Below are positions 1-12,398 of a DNA stretch of 64,000 nucleotides, piece by piece. Source of the DNA: Mobula hypostoma. Its lineage: Eukaryota. Positions within the stretch are counted from its first letter, which is position 1, and the number at the start of each line of letters is the position of its first letter. A program made the translations under genes and the position numbers. The notes beneath the pieces were generated by a model. It was given only the letters and a program-made list of their open reading frames with translations. It was not told the DNA's origin and did not search any database. The DNA lies in assembly GCF_963921235.1 (NCBI RefSeq), contig NC_086097.1:36582001-36646000 (forward strand). Direction: 5' to 3'.

Positions 1-2857
1 TTGTTCTCAGTCTCTGGCCCATTGACAGCGCTGATGGACTGCAGCCATTTACAAGAGGTGGGGGGTGATAGGCTAGCAATGTTTTGTAAGGATCTTTTGC
101 CTCCAGTAGGAAACTTAACAGTTTTTACTGCTCTTTCTGCTTCGCCATTTGCCTACGGCTACCATGGAGTGCTTGTCTGGTGTTTGAATGCACAGTCCCT
201 GGCAAAGGCGTTGAATTCTGAGCAGCTGATTTGTGGACTTTTGTCTGACGTAAGTGTCTCTGGTATTCCACAGCGAGTGAATACAGCTTTCTGGTGCTGT
301 GCTGCTGAAGATGTAGAGGACATCTTGGACACCTCAACATTCTGTGAGTAGAAATCCACAGGGAAAAGATATTTGTCTCTTTTCAGCTCAAAAATGTCTG
401 AGCCTGCAATTTGCCATGGAACGTTTGGGAATTCTGTGGTTCAGCATGATTATTGTGCAGTTTTCTGCATGCTTCACACTGCTCTACATAATCTCCCAGC
501 CGTGTGCTTAGACCGGGCCACCACACAGATTGCCTTGCCCTTAGGTGACATTTTTTAATGCCTTGATGTCCTTGGTGGATTTGACTGATGATTTTGGTGT
601 GCATAGAAGCAGGAATAATGTCTGGAGCCATTTAGCAGCAAACCATCAAGAATGGAAGTTTATCTCTTTCAAGCTAGTAAGGTCTGAGTTCAAGGCCTCC
701 TGTTGGAACGACTGGCCATCCGTGCTTACAGTATTGCATGACCTTGCTGCAGATTTGGTCCTTTTTCAACTCAACATGAATTTGGCCCAGTTTACTCTGT
801 GATGCAGGAAAGCTTTCACGTACCTGAGCTAAGTAGATGTTGGCATCGTCCATGAGAACAGAGTCAGCTTCTCTCCACTTACTTTTAAATAGCCTCCTTG
901 ACAGAGTGTCTGGTGTTGTGAAAGATATGCCAGGGACATGTTCAATGTCATGACAGTATTGCATAACCCTCATTCTGAATCTTTGCAGATGTGGAGCTAA
1001 GTCATCCAAGTGCTTCAGCTAAAGAGAATGACAAGTTTCAAGTAGGTACTTAGTGCCTATCAAGTAGCAGCTGAAGCGCTCACAAGTCCACATGAAAGCC
1101 AGTGTCTCCTTTATGATTCGGGTGTAATGCTGTTCTTGATGCATATGCCTCTGGTTTCTATATACCACTGCAGTATTGCATGAGCACTCCTCCAGGCCAA
1201 AGGGAAAAGCATCTGCTGAGATTTTGAATGCTTTGTTCAGATCAAAGAACACCAATATCGGCGGAGAGATAAGCTCAGCTTTAAGTGATGAGAATGGCTT
1301 CTCCCGTGGTGCATCCCACATCCAAATGTTTCCCTGAGAGAGGAGGTCACATAGTAGCTTTGTTTTCTCTGCCAAATCTGAAATAAACTTTCCCAGCTGG
1401 TTTACCATGCCAAGAAAACAGCAGATCTCTGATACATTCATAGACAGTTCCACGTTCCGAACTCCTGCCAGTTTGTCTGAATCAGTTTGCACTTCCTCTG
1501 AGTACAGTTGGTGGCCTAAGAACTTCACCTCCAACTTTGCAAATTTGCATTTCTTTTTGTTGAGGATGATTCCAGCCTGTTACAGTTCCTCCAAGGCAGC
1601 TTCCACTCTTTTGTCATGTTCCTCAATTGAGCCTCTGAAATTGAGTATACCATCCATGAGGCTGACTACTCCTTCCAGTCCCTCCAAAATCTGGTTCATC
1701 CACATCTGAAGAAGTTCAGTGGCTGATGAGATGCCAAAAGGGAGTCTCTTGAAGGCATAGTGTCCATATGGTGTAATAAAGTTTCTGAGCTTCTGTGACT
1801 CAGGAGCTAAACAGATCTGCCAGAACCCTGAGTTTGCATCTCGTCTGCTGAAGAACTTTGCATACCCAATATGTGCTCTAATGAGGGCAGAATAAACTTC
1901 TCCTGCCTCACTGCATTATTCAATTTTGTAGATCAACACAGATCCTCACTGTGCCATCTGGCTTGGGAACAGGAACAATGCCCACACACCAGACAGTAGG
2001 TCCATTCACTCTAGTTATGATGTCAAGTCCCTCCATTCTCTCAGTTTCAGCTTTGACTTTGTTTACCAATGGGACTGGTATATGTCTCTCTGTGGTCAAA
2101 GAGTAGGGCATCACTTCTGCCCTCAGTTGGATAAGGTTCTCTTCTTTCAGTACCCTGCAGCCTTTGAACAACTCCAGGTACTTCTCCTGCCACTGAAAAT
2201 TGTTTCGTGAATCCAACTTTGCAATGAAGTTCAGCTTCTCAATGGCATTTTGCCCTAGAGTGGTGAGAAGAGATTCTGAACACTCTTTTAACTGTTTCTC
2301 ATTTTCCCGATAGAAGTAAACATTCCTTTCACACTGAGTTTATGTTTCCCTGGCACCATGAGTACTTTCTTTGTTGGGTTTAGCATAATGTCTGGTTTCT
2401 TCACCAGTTTTGTGAACAGATATTTGGGGATGGCTGTGACATCTGCCTCTGTGTCCATTTTGAACATCACTGCCTCTTTTTTGCAGCTGAAACATAGTAT
2501 GCTGCCCTGCCCATTTGAATCCAGAGCCTCAAGGAAAGCTCTCTCTTCGTCTGAATCATGGTCTTCTTTGACTCCTGAAGAACTGTTTTTGAGGGACACA
2601 AGCTTTTATAAAGACCAACTCTACTGCAGTGCTGGCATTTCACTTCTTTTGCTGGTCAGAGCTCTTTGACGTGGAATGGAGACTTGTCGCATCTCCTGCA
2701 TTTGGACATCTTACCTGCTCTTTGTTTCACTTGTCTGTTTTGTTTGAGCTGAGCTCTACTGTCACCCCTTTCTGTGGTATTTGTTTTCTGTGAAATATTC
2801 CTTGAATTTGACCTGCACCGTTTCGCACTTCTTTTCTGAGCTTCTGTCAGTTCTAGT
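1..2857 (-). mobile_element. Decayed Ty3/Gypsy LTR retrotransposon internal region (gag knuckles, PR, RT, RNase H, integrase); runs off the window edge
   Basis: Minus-strand fragments in the order gag double Zn knuckle (CRRCDKSPFH...CQHC), protease FKMDTEADVTAI, RT GTVRICVDL, RNase H ISADAFPFGL and WTCERFSCYLIG, integrase HQGHQGIKKC...VWWPG...CEAC and GIPETLTSD. Many stops and frameshifts. Confidence 0.9.
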
Positions 2858-4315
2858 CACTGTGAAAGACACTAGCAGTGTGGTGGAAGTTCCAGGAGTC
2901 AGGGATCATGCAATATGTGAAGTTACCATAACTAGTGAGAAGGGTCTTGAGTAACTGAAAGGTCTGAAGGTAGGTAAGTCACCTGCACCAGACGGTGTAC
3001 TCTCCAGAGTTCTGAAAGAGGTGGCTGAAGAGATCATGGAGGCACTTGTAATGATCTTTCAAGAATCACTAAATTCTGGAATGGCTCCGGAAGACCAGAA
3101 AATTGCAAATGTCACTCTGCTCTTCAAGAAGGGAGAGAGGCTGAAGAAGAAAACTATAGACCAGTTAGTCTGACCTCAGTGGTTGGGAAGATGTTGGAGT
3201 CGATTATTAAAGATTAAGGTCTCAGGGTACTTGGAGCACATGATAAAATAGGCCGTAATCAGCATGGTTTCCTCGAGGGAAAATCTTGCCTGACAAATCT
3301 GTTGGAAATAAAATCAGGATAGGCAGAGGAGAATCACTTGACATTGTGTACTTGGATTTTCAGAAGGCCTTTGACAACGTTGCACACATGAGGCTGCTTA
3401 ACAAGCTACGAGCCCATGGTTTTACAGGAAAGATTCTAGCCTGGATAAACCAGTGGCTGATTGACAGGAGGCAAAGAGTGGGAACAAAGGGAGCCTTTTC
3501 TGAGGTGGCTGCCTGTGACTAGTGGGGTTCCACAGAGTTCTGTGTTGGGACTGATTCTTATCACATTATATGTCAATGATTTGGATGATGGAATTGATGG
3601 CTTTGTTGCAACGTTTGCAGATAATATGAAGAGAGCTGGAGGGGCAGGTAGTTTGAGGAAGCACAGAGGCTACAGAAGGACTTAGATAAGGAGAATAGGC
3701 AAAGAAATGGCAGATGGAATACAGTGTCAGGAAGTGTATGGTTATACATTTTGGTAGAAGAAATGAAAGGGTTGATGGTTTTCTAAATGGAGAGAAAATA
3801 CGAAAACTGAGGTGCAAAGAGACTTGGAAGTCCTTGTGCAGGATTCCCTAAAGCTTAATTTGCAGGTTGAGTCTGTAGTAAGGAAGGCAAATGCAATGTT
3901 AGCATTCATTTCAAGAGGACTAGAGCATAAAAGCAAGAATGTAATGTTGAAACTTTATAAAGCACTGTTGGGGCCCCATTTGGAATATTGTGAACAGGTT
4001 TGGGCCCCTTAACTTAGAGAGAATGTGCTGAAACTGGAGACAGTTCAAAGGAGATTCACGAAAATGATTCCAGGATTGAATGGCTTATCATATGAAGAGC
4101 ATTTGAAGGCTCTGGGCCTGTATTCACTAGAATTCAGAAGAATGAGGTGTGGCCTCATTGAAACCTATTAAATGGTGAAAGGTCTTGACAGAGAGGGTGT
4201 GGAGAGAATGTTCCCTTTGGTGGCAGAGTCTGAGACCAGAGAACACAGGCTCAGAATAGGGGAGCATCCTTTTGGAACAGAAATGAGGAGGAATTTCTTT
4301 TGGCCCTGAGTGGAA
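2858..4315 (+). mobile_element. CR1 LINE fragment (RT region), interrupting the Gypsy element
   Basis: VYLDFQKAFD, SGVPQ.SVLG, FADN, GPHLEYCEQVWAP; similar to the copy at 60600-62000; frameshifted. Confidence 0.9.
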
Positions 4316-4504
4316 TCACGGTTCGTGATTGAGGGATAGTGCAGAGCCCACCAGGATGCCAGAATGCAGGATACTAAACTGAACTTTATAGATAGTCCTG
4401 CTTGTACAGTATGTGAGCTACTCCCATGTGGGAGTGGCTGACTGATTAGCATAGGAATAACATTATTAACTACCACTACAGTGGCCACTTTATTGGTACC
4501 TTGT

Positions 4505-4603
4505 GTCCTGATGAAGGGTCTCGGCCTGAAACGTCGACTGCACCTCTTCCTACAGATGCTGTCTGGCCTGCTGCGTTCACCAGCAACTTTTATGTGTGTT
4601 GCT
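4505..4603 (+). mobile_element. Penelope-type terminal-repeat fragment carrying a hammerhead motif
   Basis: GTC-CTGATGA-AGGGTCTCGGCCT-GAAAC-GTC-GACTG...TGTGTGTTGCT, nearly identical to the reverse complement of 12003-12099. Confidence 0.8.
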
Positions 4604-4699
4604 CACAGGATGTTTTTTGTTTTTCACACCATTCTCTGTAAACTCTAGAGTTTGCTGTGCATGAAAATCCTAGGAGATCAGTAGTTTCTGAAATACTCA

Positions 4700-5180
4700 A
4701 ACTGGGGAGGAAAAGAGGAACTATATCCCTTTTAAGGTGGCAGGAAGATGGGGTGAGGGCAGATGTCCAGAAAATGGAAGAGATATGAGTGAGGGCAGTT
4801 ACCAAAGTGGAAGAAGGGGAAACTCCATTCTTTGAAGAAGGAGGACTTCTCTGATGTCCTAGAAAGGAAAGCCTTATCTTGGATACACATGTGGCTGAGG
4901 CACAGAAACTCAGAAAAGGGAATAGCATTTTTACAGAAGATGGTGTGGGAAGAGTTATAGTCAAGATAATCATGGGAATTGGTAGGTTTATAAAAGGTAT
5001 CGGTAGACAGTTTGTCTCTGGAGATGGAGAGAGTTCGAGAAAGGGGAGAGAGGTGTTAAAAATGGACCAAGTGAATTTAAGAGCAAGGTGGAAGTAGGAG
5101 GCAAAGCTTATGAAATTGACAAGCTCAGGGATGGGTGCATGAAGCAGCATCAATGCAGTTGTCAATGTAGTGCAGACGGA
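4700..5180 (-). mobile_element. Old Penelope-like RT fragment
   Basis: ELVNFISFASYFHLALKFTWSIFNTSLPFL matches ELVDFINFASNFHPALKFTWSISDTSLPF in the 452-aa Penelope ORF. Confidence 0.8.
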
Positions 5181-5960
5181 AATCCTTCTCAGAGGAAACA
5201 GCTTATCTCTGCATGGAGATTGGAATTATTCCAAAGTATGCACTCTGTCTGAAGCATTCAGAAAGTCATAAAAAATAAAGACTAAAAGTTTTATTAGTTT
5301 TTAACAGAGAATGACTGCAGTCAGGGAGCCTGTGACAGAAACCATTCACTTGATAAAAGTGGTACATCAACTAATGAACTAATTCTCACAACAGCAATAA
5401 TTGTGTAATTTTAAAATCATCCTTCCTTTGCATGCAAATACAGAGTCTGTTTGCCTAAAAATCCAAATTCAACAATTGTGATGACGAACATCTGAGGTGG
5501 TTAAAAATTTCACCACAAAGTGCACTTGATAAAAATTATTGCTCTCCTGGGGCAAATGGATGCTTTACATAAAACCTTTCTCAGAAACATGAATTTTTAG
5601 TCACAAATTAGAAGATGCTCCAGCAAGGTTTGCCCAAAGTCAGAGCTGATTTGGAAAGCAGCCACATTTCCAGAAAGTGGGAGAGAGCCAAGAAATAATT
5701 ACGTTGAGGCTATTCCTGTACACTTACAGTGGTTAGAAAGATTGTTTCTTGGACGGGAAGACAACATTTTATTGCATTTCTACAGATGTAACAAGAAGTC
5801 TGTATTATTGTTTCATTTACATCATTTCCCTTCCACCCACCATTTCCTCTGGAGATCAACGATCATCCACGTCACAATTCAACATGTGTCACCCAAAGTG
5901 AGAAAACAAGAGAGTTGCAAGTTGCATAGGAGGATTGTGATAAACAGAGGGTGTTTGAGT

Positions 5961-6021
5961 GGAGGGAGGGAGGGAGGGAGGGACGGAGGGAGGGGGTGAG
6001 AGAGAGAGAGAAAGAAAGAAA
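5961..6021 (+). repeat. Compound (GGGA)n/(GA)n/(GAAA)n simple repeat
   Basis: Read directly from the sequence. Confidence 0.85.
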
Positions 6022-6651
6022 TATAAAAGATCAAGTTGGAACTCTACGATGCAGGATAAAAAAGATGTGAGGTTATGTTATGGCTGCATAAAATAATCTC
6101 AGAACTGACCAGTATTCAATATTCAATTCTGGCTCAAGCTTGAACTTAATGGCTTTAAGTAACCAGCCTTTTCCTGTTTATTTCGGAACTGATCCATTCT
6201 GACACATGAATTCTCACTTTGCCACTTCTGGTGAAGATCACTGACCTGAGGTGCTAACTCTGTTCCTAACTCCACAGACACTGTCTAATCTGCTAGTTAG
6301 CTTTGAGTCAGATTTCCAGTGTTTGCAGCTTTTTGCCTAAGGCATTTAGTTCTGTCTACTCCTGTCAACGTATGCTGAACTTTTAATAACATAAATATCA
6401 ATTTCTGGTCATAACACTTTAAATCTTGTTTGAGAGTGCTGCTTGTTTTTATTAATTTTATGTGCATAACATCTATTTTTCTCCTCTCTTGTTGGGACTG
6501 TGTCATAACAACCCTCCGTACCCCAAACAAGTGCAGACGGACAAAGGTGACACTGCATGATGATATCAGATAACTTTACACAGATTGGGCAGAATTTAAT
6601 CAATTATGACAACTGATACTGATAATCAATTTACAGAACACTGTATCAAAG

Positions 6652-7150
6652 GCACAAGGGATTCTACAGATGCTGAAAATCTTGTGCAACACACACAAAA
6701 CACTGGCAGAACTCTGCAGATCAGGCAGCATCCATGGAGGGAAATAAACATGTGTTGTTTCCTCTCCTCCCCCCCCCCCATTTTCTCCCCCGTTCTGGTG
6801 GACCTCTTATCTCTTCTTTTATCCTGTCCTGTCCTCGTGACTGCCCATCACCCTTCTCCGGTTTCCCAACTCTGTAGCTACCGTCCCCTCCTATCAGATT
6901 CTTTTCCAGCCCCTCTTCCAGCTCCTCCCATAACTCTCACTCCCCCCCCACCCTCCTCCTCACCTGCTCTCACCTATTCCCAGCTAGTTTGTATCCCTTT
7001 CCCTCCCCCCCATCTCCTCATTCTGGCCTCTTCCCCCTTCCTTTCCAGTCCTGGTGAAGCGGCTGTGCCTGAGACACTGACTGTTTATTCCTCTCCACTG
7101 ATGCTGTCCGACTGGCTGAGCTCCTCCACCATTTTCCCTGTGTTGCACTA
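6652..7150. mobile_element. Old Penelope-derived terminal repeat with an inverted partial copy
   Basis: Minus-oriented tail at ~6652-6750, then a pyrimidine-rich stretch, then a plus-oriented tail with a decayed CAGTCCTGGTGAAG...GAGAC motif. Confidence 0.6.
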
Positions 7151-8646
7151 TGTCAGTGAAAGTTCTTTGAGAAACGTTGCTTTTCCTCCATAGATATTAC
7201 AATGGTGTCACCAAGCAAAGTCATTTGATTTTCTTGTGTTTGCGCATCATCAATTTTAGATCAAATTATTGCTCATAGTTTTGTTGAAGTCAGAATCAGC
7301 AGCAGAAGGTAGCAAATGCCTTAGTTGATAAAGATGCTTCTCAAGCAGTCAGACCTCTGCTGTCTGGAACTAGCCAGCACCCTTTGCAACCACCTCGCTC
7401 TCTGGTGGCGTTTGGCTTCTTTGTCTCCAGCACATTTATAGGACTGCTCAGCATCCAGTGCATTTATTGATAGACTCTGAGGACATATGTTCCCGGTGGT
7501 TTCAATGCCTGACAAATTTACAGGAAGCCTCTGGGTACTATCTGTGATCGTTATGTTTAGAGAATGCATCTCTTTGTGCACTGTGCTGAAAGTCAGTTAG
7601 TTTGTTACCATTACTGAAAATAGAACACTATTTACAGATAAATCCCACTGGGGTGAAACAGAACACAGCAAAGAGAGAACATTAGTAACATTAAATATTT
7701 CCACCAGAACAGGCAATCCTTTAGCTATTAGCTATTGAGCCACATTCATAAAGAAGAACATTCACGATATTCCAATTGTTATGTAATTTGTTTGAGCATT
7801 TTGAACATCAGACAGATCTATCTACTGAAAGCACTTATCATTTCCAATGCAAGTATTTATACGTTAGCAGTCATAGCAAGGATGTACAAGTGTTTCCAAG
7901 GTAGTAACCAGGTGATGGTGGTGCGTGTGGTTTTCTCATTGTTGTCATTTTCAGGACGAGTTCCAGCTGCCTCCAAAGACCTTCCTCTTTAAGTAAACCA
8001 TGACTATAGAACTGATTTTCTAAAACACAAACAACTAGCAACTTATTTCATATTTTTAACCAGCCTCTGATATTTCCCACCAGTTTACAGCCAGAACTCT
8101 TACAATTCAGGGGAGAGCCGCTTGGCCTGTCTAGGCTGCGTTAGTGCACGACTCCTGTCCGGTTCACCAGAAACTAAACCTGCATGTCCCTGACTGAAAG
8201 AAGGTCCAAGCCAATTCCTGTCAGGCTCATCTTATAGCGAATCAGCATTTGGCTTCAGTCTACTCAGGGGCACTTTTAAAACTAGATTGGAGCAGGCAAT
8301 GTCAAGCAGGGTGGTACACAACTGCAAGAACAACTTGTTACTTAGAATCTCGAATATTAATTACCATATGTGAAATGGAAAAAAATTAAAGTTCAGTGAA
8401 TAAGGGAAATGAAAGTCTGGTTTTAGTAACCAATCTCTTCTACACTTTACACAAATGTTTTTAAAAGGGCGATGAAGTGTTGCCAGACTTTCTTCAAAGA
8501 GAAAGCAGTCGTTCATATACTTTTAGAAGATTACTGATACAAAAGAGATGACCTCCATCGCCAATGTAAACGTTGATGCTTCCAATAAAATCTTGCAAAT
8601 CATCTCACTCATCTTCTAATGATAATACCATAAATTTCGGCCTTAC

Positions 8647-8801
8647 CTGTATATAACTTTCTTACTGTGCAGAAAAATAAGTGCTGAAGTGATTTCGGCA
8701 GCGTAGAACTGAGCCCGGGGTTCATCGAATTTCCGCACTTGTTGAATCTGGAACATTAAATCTCCTCCATTTACATACTCCATCACAAAGAAAAGCCGGT
8801 C
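8647..8801 (-). CDS. PRKCH: PKC exon: kinase hinge to the start of the catalytic loop
   Basis: [51 protein letters not shown](R). Acceptor TTGCAG, donor AG|GTAAGG; 155 bp. The next exon (DLKLDN...) was not found in 1-8646. Confidence 0.95.
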
Positions 8802-8994
8802 CTGCAAGAGATAACAAAAAAATCTCAAAATGTGTTGATGGTGGCCCAGTGGTGGACACAGAAGTGTCAAGCCTCATTTCTGCAAGCTATGATACATAAA
8901 TCCAGGCAGTCACTCCACTGAGAGGGAACCTGATTTAAGTCTACAGGATATGAAAAAGACTATATACAGTGGACATGGAGTGGGTGTTTCAATT

Positions 8995-9295
8995 AGTGGA
9001 ACATTCTAGGATCCAAGGGCACTGATTCAGAATAAAGGGATGGCTATTTAAAACTGAGATAAGCATCAATTTCTTCAGACAGCATGTCGTAAATCTGTGG
9101 AATTTGTTGCCACAGAGAGCTGTGCAGAACAAGTTGTAGGGTGCATTTAAGGCTGTGATTGAAAGATAAGGGGAGTTAAGAGTTATAGAGAGAAAGCAAG
9201 TGAATGGGATTGAAAAAAATTCAGCCACAATAAAATGATAGAGCAGACTTGATAGGCCAAATGGCCTAATTCTATTTCTATACTCTATGGTCTTA
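8995..9295 (+). mobile_element. CR1 3' end fragment
   Basis: Typical 3' region ending GGCCAAATGGCCTAATTCT...TATGGTCTT, shared with 51300-51355 and 62165-62200. Confidence 0.75.
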
Positions 9296-9451
9296 ATGGA
9301 ATTGAGGAAATGCTCCATAATCAAAAGAACCAGCTTCTGGACAAGATACTAAACTGAGATACTACTGAACTCTTATGTGAGTGATGGGAGAGGGGAACTT
9401 TAAATATTGTTTTGCTGCTTTTTTTTTGGATAATACATTGATGTTATCCAA

Positions 9452-9870
9452 ATAGAGCTGCTGCCTCACAGTTTCAATGGCCCAGGCCCAATTTTGACCT
9501 CCCATGTTGTTTGTGTGGACTTTGTACATTCGCACTGTGATGGCATGGGGTTCCTTCAGGTGCCTCTGGTTTCCTCTGACGTCCCAAAGATGTGCATGTT
9601 GGTGTCTTAATTGGTCATTGAAAATTGTGCTCAGTGTGTAGGTGAGTAGTAGAATTCAGAGAGGGATGATGGGAGAGTAGGAGGAATGAATTAGGATTAC
9701 TGTAGGATATACATAAATATATGCTTGATACAATTGTAACTTTTCAGAGAAACATGGACAGACAGGGGAAGGAAGGATGTACACCATGCGCAGGCCAATG
9801 GGATTACTAAAATTAGCATGAAGTTCAGCTCAGACATCGGCCGAGTGGTCTCCTTTCACACTCTCTAACT
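9452..9870 (+). mobile_element. V-SINE-like SINE (old) with a LINE-like tail
   Basis: Core TTTGTACATT...GGTTTCCTC...CCCAAAGATGTG...TTAATTGGTCA is repeated at 16620-16760 and 35580-35750 and inverted at 20400-20600 and 41130-41190. Confidence 0.6.
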
Positions 9871-10369
9871 CTGTGACCCTTATTTTGAAGATGAACAGGG
9901 GAGTTATTCTTTATGTTCTGATCAATATTTATCCATCAGCAAATACCACTATAAGTGACTATTTAGTTACTCTTTGACTAATGCTTGTGAAAGTTTACTG
10001 TGGTCTCATTAGTTGCTATGCTACATTGCAAGAGTAATTACTTTTCAAACTTTCCTTTATTAAACATGAACTACTTTGGGACTTCCTAAGGCTGTAAAAG
10101 GCATGCACAAGCACCATTTATATATACTGTAGTTACAGTTATCAACCTTCCAAAGAACCTGGCAACCAAGTGTGCCAAGCAGTTAAAGTTTACAACGAGT
10201 GAGCAAAATACACGTGTTTTTTTTTGCATGACAATGTTTTTCTTTTTGGTTGCTGTTTTGAATGTGCTGTGTATGTTTTGCACCTTGGCCGCAGAGGAAC
10301 GCTGTTTCGCTCAGCTGTATTCATGCATGGTTGAATGATAATTAAAGTTGAATTTGACTTGATTTGATT

Positions 10370-11472
10370 TGAAGGCCTCAGTCCCTCCTTGTGCAACTGG
10401 ATTGTCAATTCCTCACTTGCAAAGCCCAGTCAGTTTGGAATGGCAACACCATCTCCTCCATAGTCTCCTTCAACATGGCTGTGTGCTTACTCCCTGCTCT
10501 ACTCACTTTATATTTATGACTGTGAGACTAAGCATAGCTCCAATGCCATATTTATGTTTGCTGCCAACATCCCTGCTGTTGGCTGAATCAAATATTGGAG
10601 GGAATTTGAAAATCTGTCTGAGTGGTGCCTCACAAACAACCTCTCACTTAACGTCAGCAAAAACAAAGAGCTCATTATTGACTACAGGAGGAGGAAACTG
10701 GAGGTCCATCAGTCCTCAACACAGGATTAGAGGTAGAGAAGGTCAGTAACTTTAAATTCCTCGGCAATATCATTTCAAAGGATCTGTCCAGCAAGTCAGT
10801 GCCTCTACTTTCTGAGAAGCTTCTGAAGAATCAGAATGTTATCTAAAACTTTGACAAAATCCTTTAGATGCACAGTGGAGAGTCAACTGACTAGTTGCAT
10901 CATGGCCTGGTATGGAAACGCCAATGCCCTTGAACAACAAAGGTAATGGATGTGGCCCAGTGCACTGTGGGTAAAGCCCTCCCCACCATTGAGCACACCT
11001 ACACGGAGCGTTGTCGCAGGAAAGCAGCATCCACCTTCAGGGAGCCCCACCATCTGGCCCATGCTCTATCCCACTTCTGCCATCAGGAAGGAGGTTCAGG
11101 AGCCTTAGGTCCCACACCACCCAAGTTCAGGAACAGTTATCACCCTTCACCCATCAGGCTCCTGAACCTCCTTCACTCACCCCAACACTGAGGCTCCAAC
11201 TAATTCCTCAACCTATGGATTCACATTCAAGGGCTCTACAACTCTTGTTCTCAACATTATTTATTATTTAGTTATTGATTATTATTATTATTTTGTTTTT
11301 CTTTTTGCACTTACACAATTTCTTATCTTTGTACATTGGTTCATTGCCCGCCTTTTTGTGCAGTTTTCCATTAATTTTTTGTATTTATTGTGAATGCCAA
11401 CAAGCAGGGCTTTATATAGTGACATATACAGTATGTACTTTGATAATAAATTTACTTTGAGCTTTGAACCTG
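10370..11472 (+). mobile_element. Rex1/Babar-like LINE fragment
   Basis: Decayed RT end (AACAACCTCTCACTTAACGTCAGCAAAAAC, GACTACAGGAGG), terminal HAL.PLLPSGRRFRSLRSHTT motif, and tail AATAAATTTACTTTGAGCTTTGAAC. Confidence 0.75.
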
Positions 11473-12061
11473 AATTTGTCCTCATCATCGCAGTATAGGA
11501 GGCCATGGTGAGACATGTTAGAATGGAAACAGAAATTGAGTAGAAATCGGTAAATGGGAAGTTGATAGAAGTCAGACTCTAAAACTGCTCTTACTACGGA
11601 CAGCTCAGTTGCAGATTTCAGCTGTTGGGTAAAACCTTTGCGGCCAATAACATTCTTCACATGTTTTGAAGAGGGCGCTCAAGAGAGGAAGACGTGGTTT
11701 CGAAAGTTTAATTTTAATTATTCTCCAAGGTCTACCCTGGGTTGCAGCCAAGACCAAACTGAAGTGATGTATTTCCATGTAACTAACACACTGTCCAAAT
11801 AGCCATTCTGTAGAAATTGCACAATTTCTTCGGCATCAGCCACGCAGTTTTACTCACTATCTCACACACTGCCTCTTCTCTTTCTCCCTCCCCCTCACCC
11901 CCTCTCTCTTGCACACTAAATACGTCTGTTCTGTTTTCAAGGGCTGTAAGAGAGTGAGACAACAGAGAGGCAGAAGTGAAAACAAGGGAAAATGTGCAGA
12001 TAACACACATCAAAGTTGCTGGTGAACACAGCAGGCCAGGCAGCATCTGTAGGAAGAGGTG

Positions 12062-12099
12062 CAGTCGACGTTTCAGGCCGAGACCCTTCGTCAGGACTA
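12062..12099 (-). ncRNA. Minimal type I hammerhead ribozyme motif (intact core)
   Basis: UAGUC-CUGACGA-A-GGGUCUCGGCCU-GAAAC-GUC-GACUG: CUGANGA and GAAA core, GUC cleavage triplet, helix I UAGUC/GACUG, short helix II, palindromic ACGU in place of helix III. Confidence 0.75.
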
Positions 12100-12398
12100 A
12101 CTGAAGGAAGAGTGAGTAAGGGATTTGAAAGTTGGAGGGGGAGGGGGAGATCCAAAATGATAGGAGAACACAGGAGGGGGAGGGATAGAGCCAAGAGCTG
12201 GACAGGTGATAGGCAAAAGGGGATACGAGAGGATCATGGGACAGGAGGTCCAGGAAGAAAGAGAAGGGGGGGGTGGGGGGGACCCAGAGGATGGGCAAGA
12301 GGTATATTCAGAGGGACAGAGGGAGAAAAAGGAGAGTGAGAGAAAGAATGTGTGTATAAAAATAAGTAACAGATGGGGTACGAGGGGGAGGTGGGGCC

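Noticed and set aside
6606..7193. 195-aa Pro-rich ORF
   Set aside because: Arises from the pyrimidine-rich Penelope-derived repeat.
1..8646. Next PKC exon (DLKLDN...DFG)
   Set aside because: Not found by eye or in the ORF track; presumed to lie beyond the window, so its absence is not evidence of a pseudogene.
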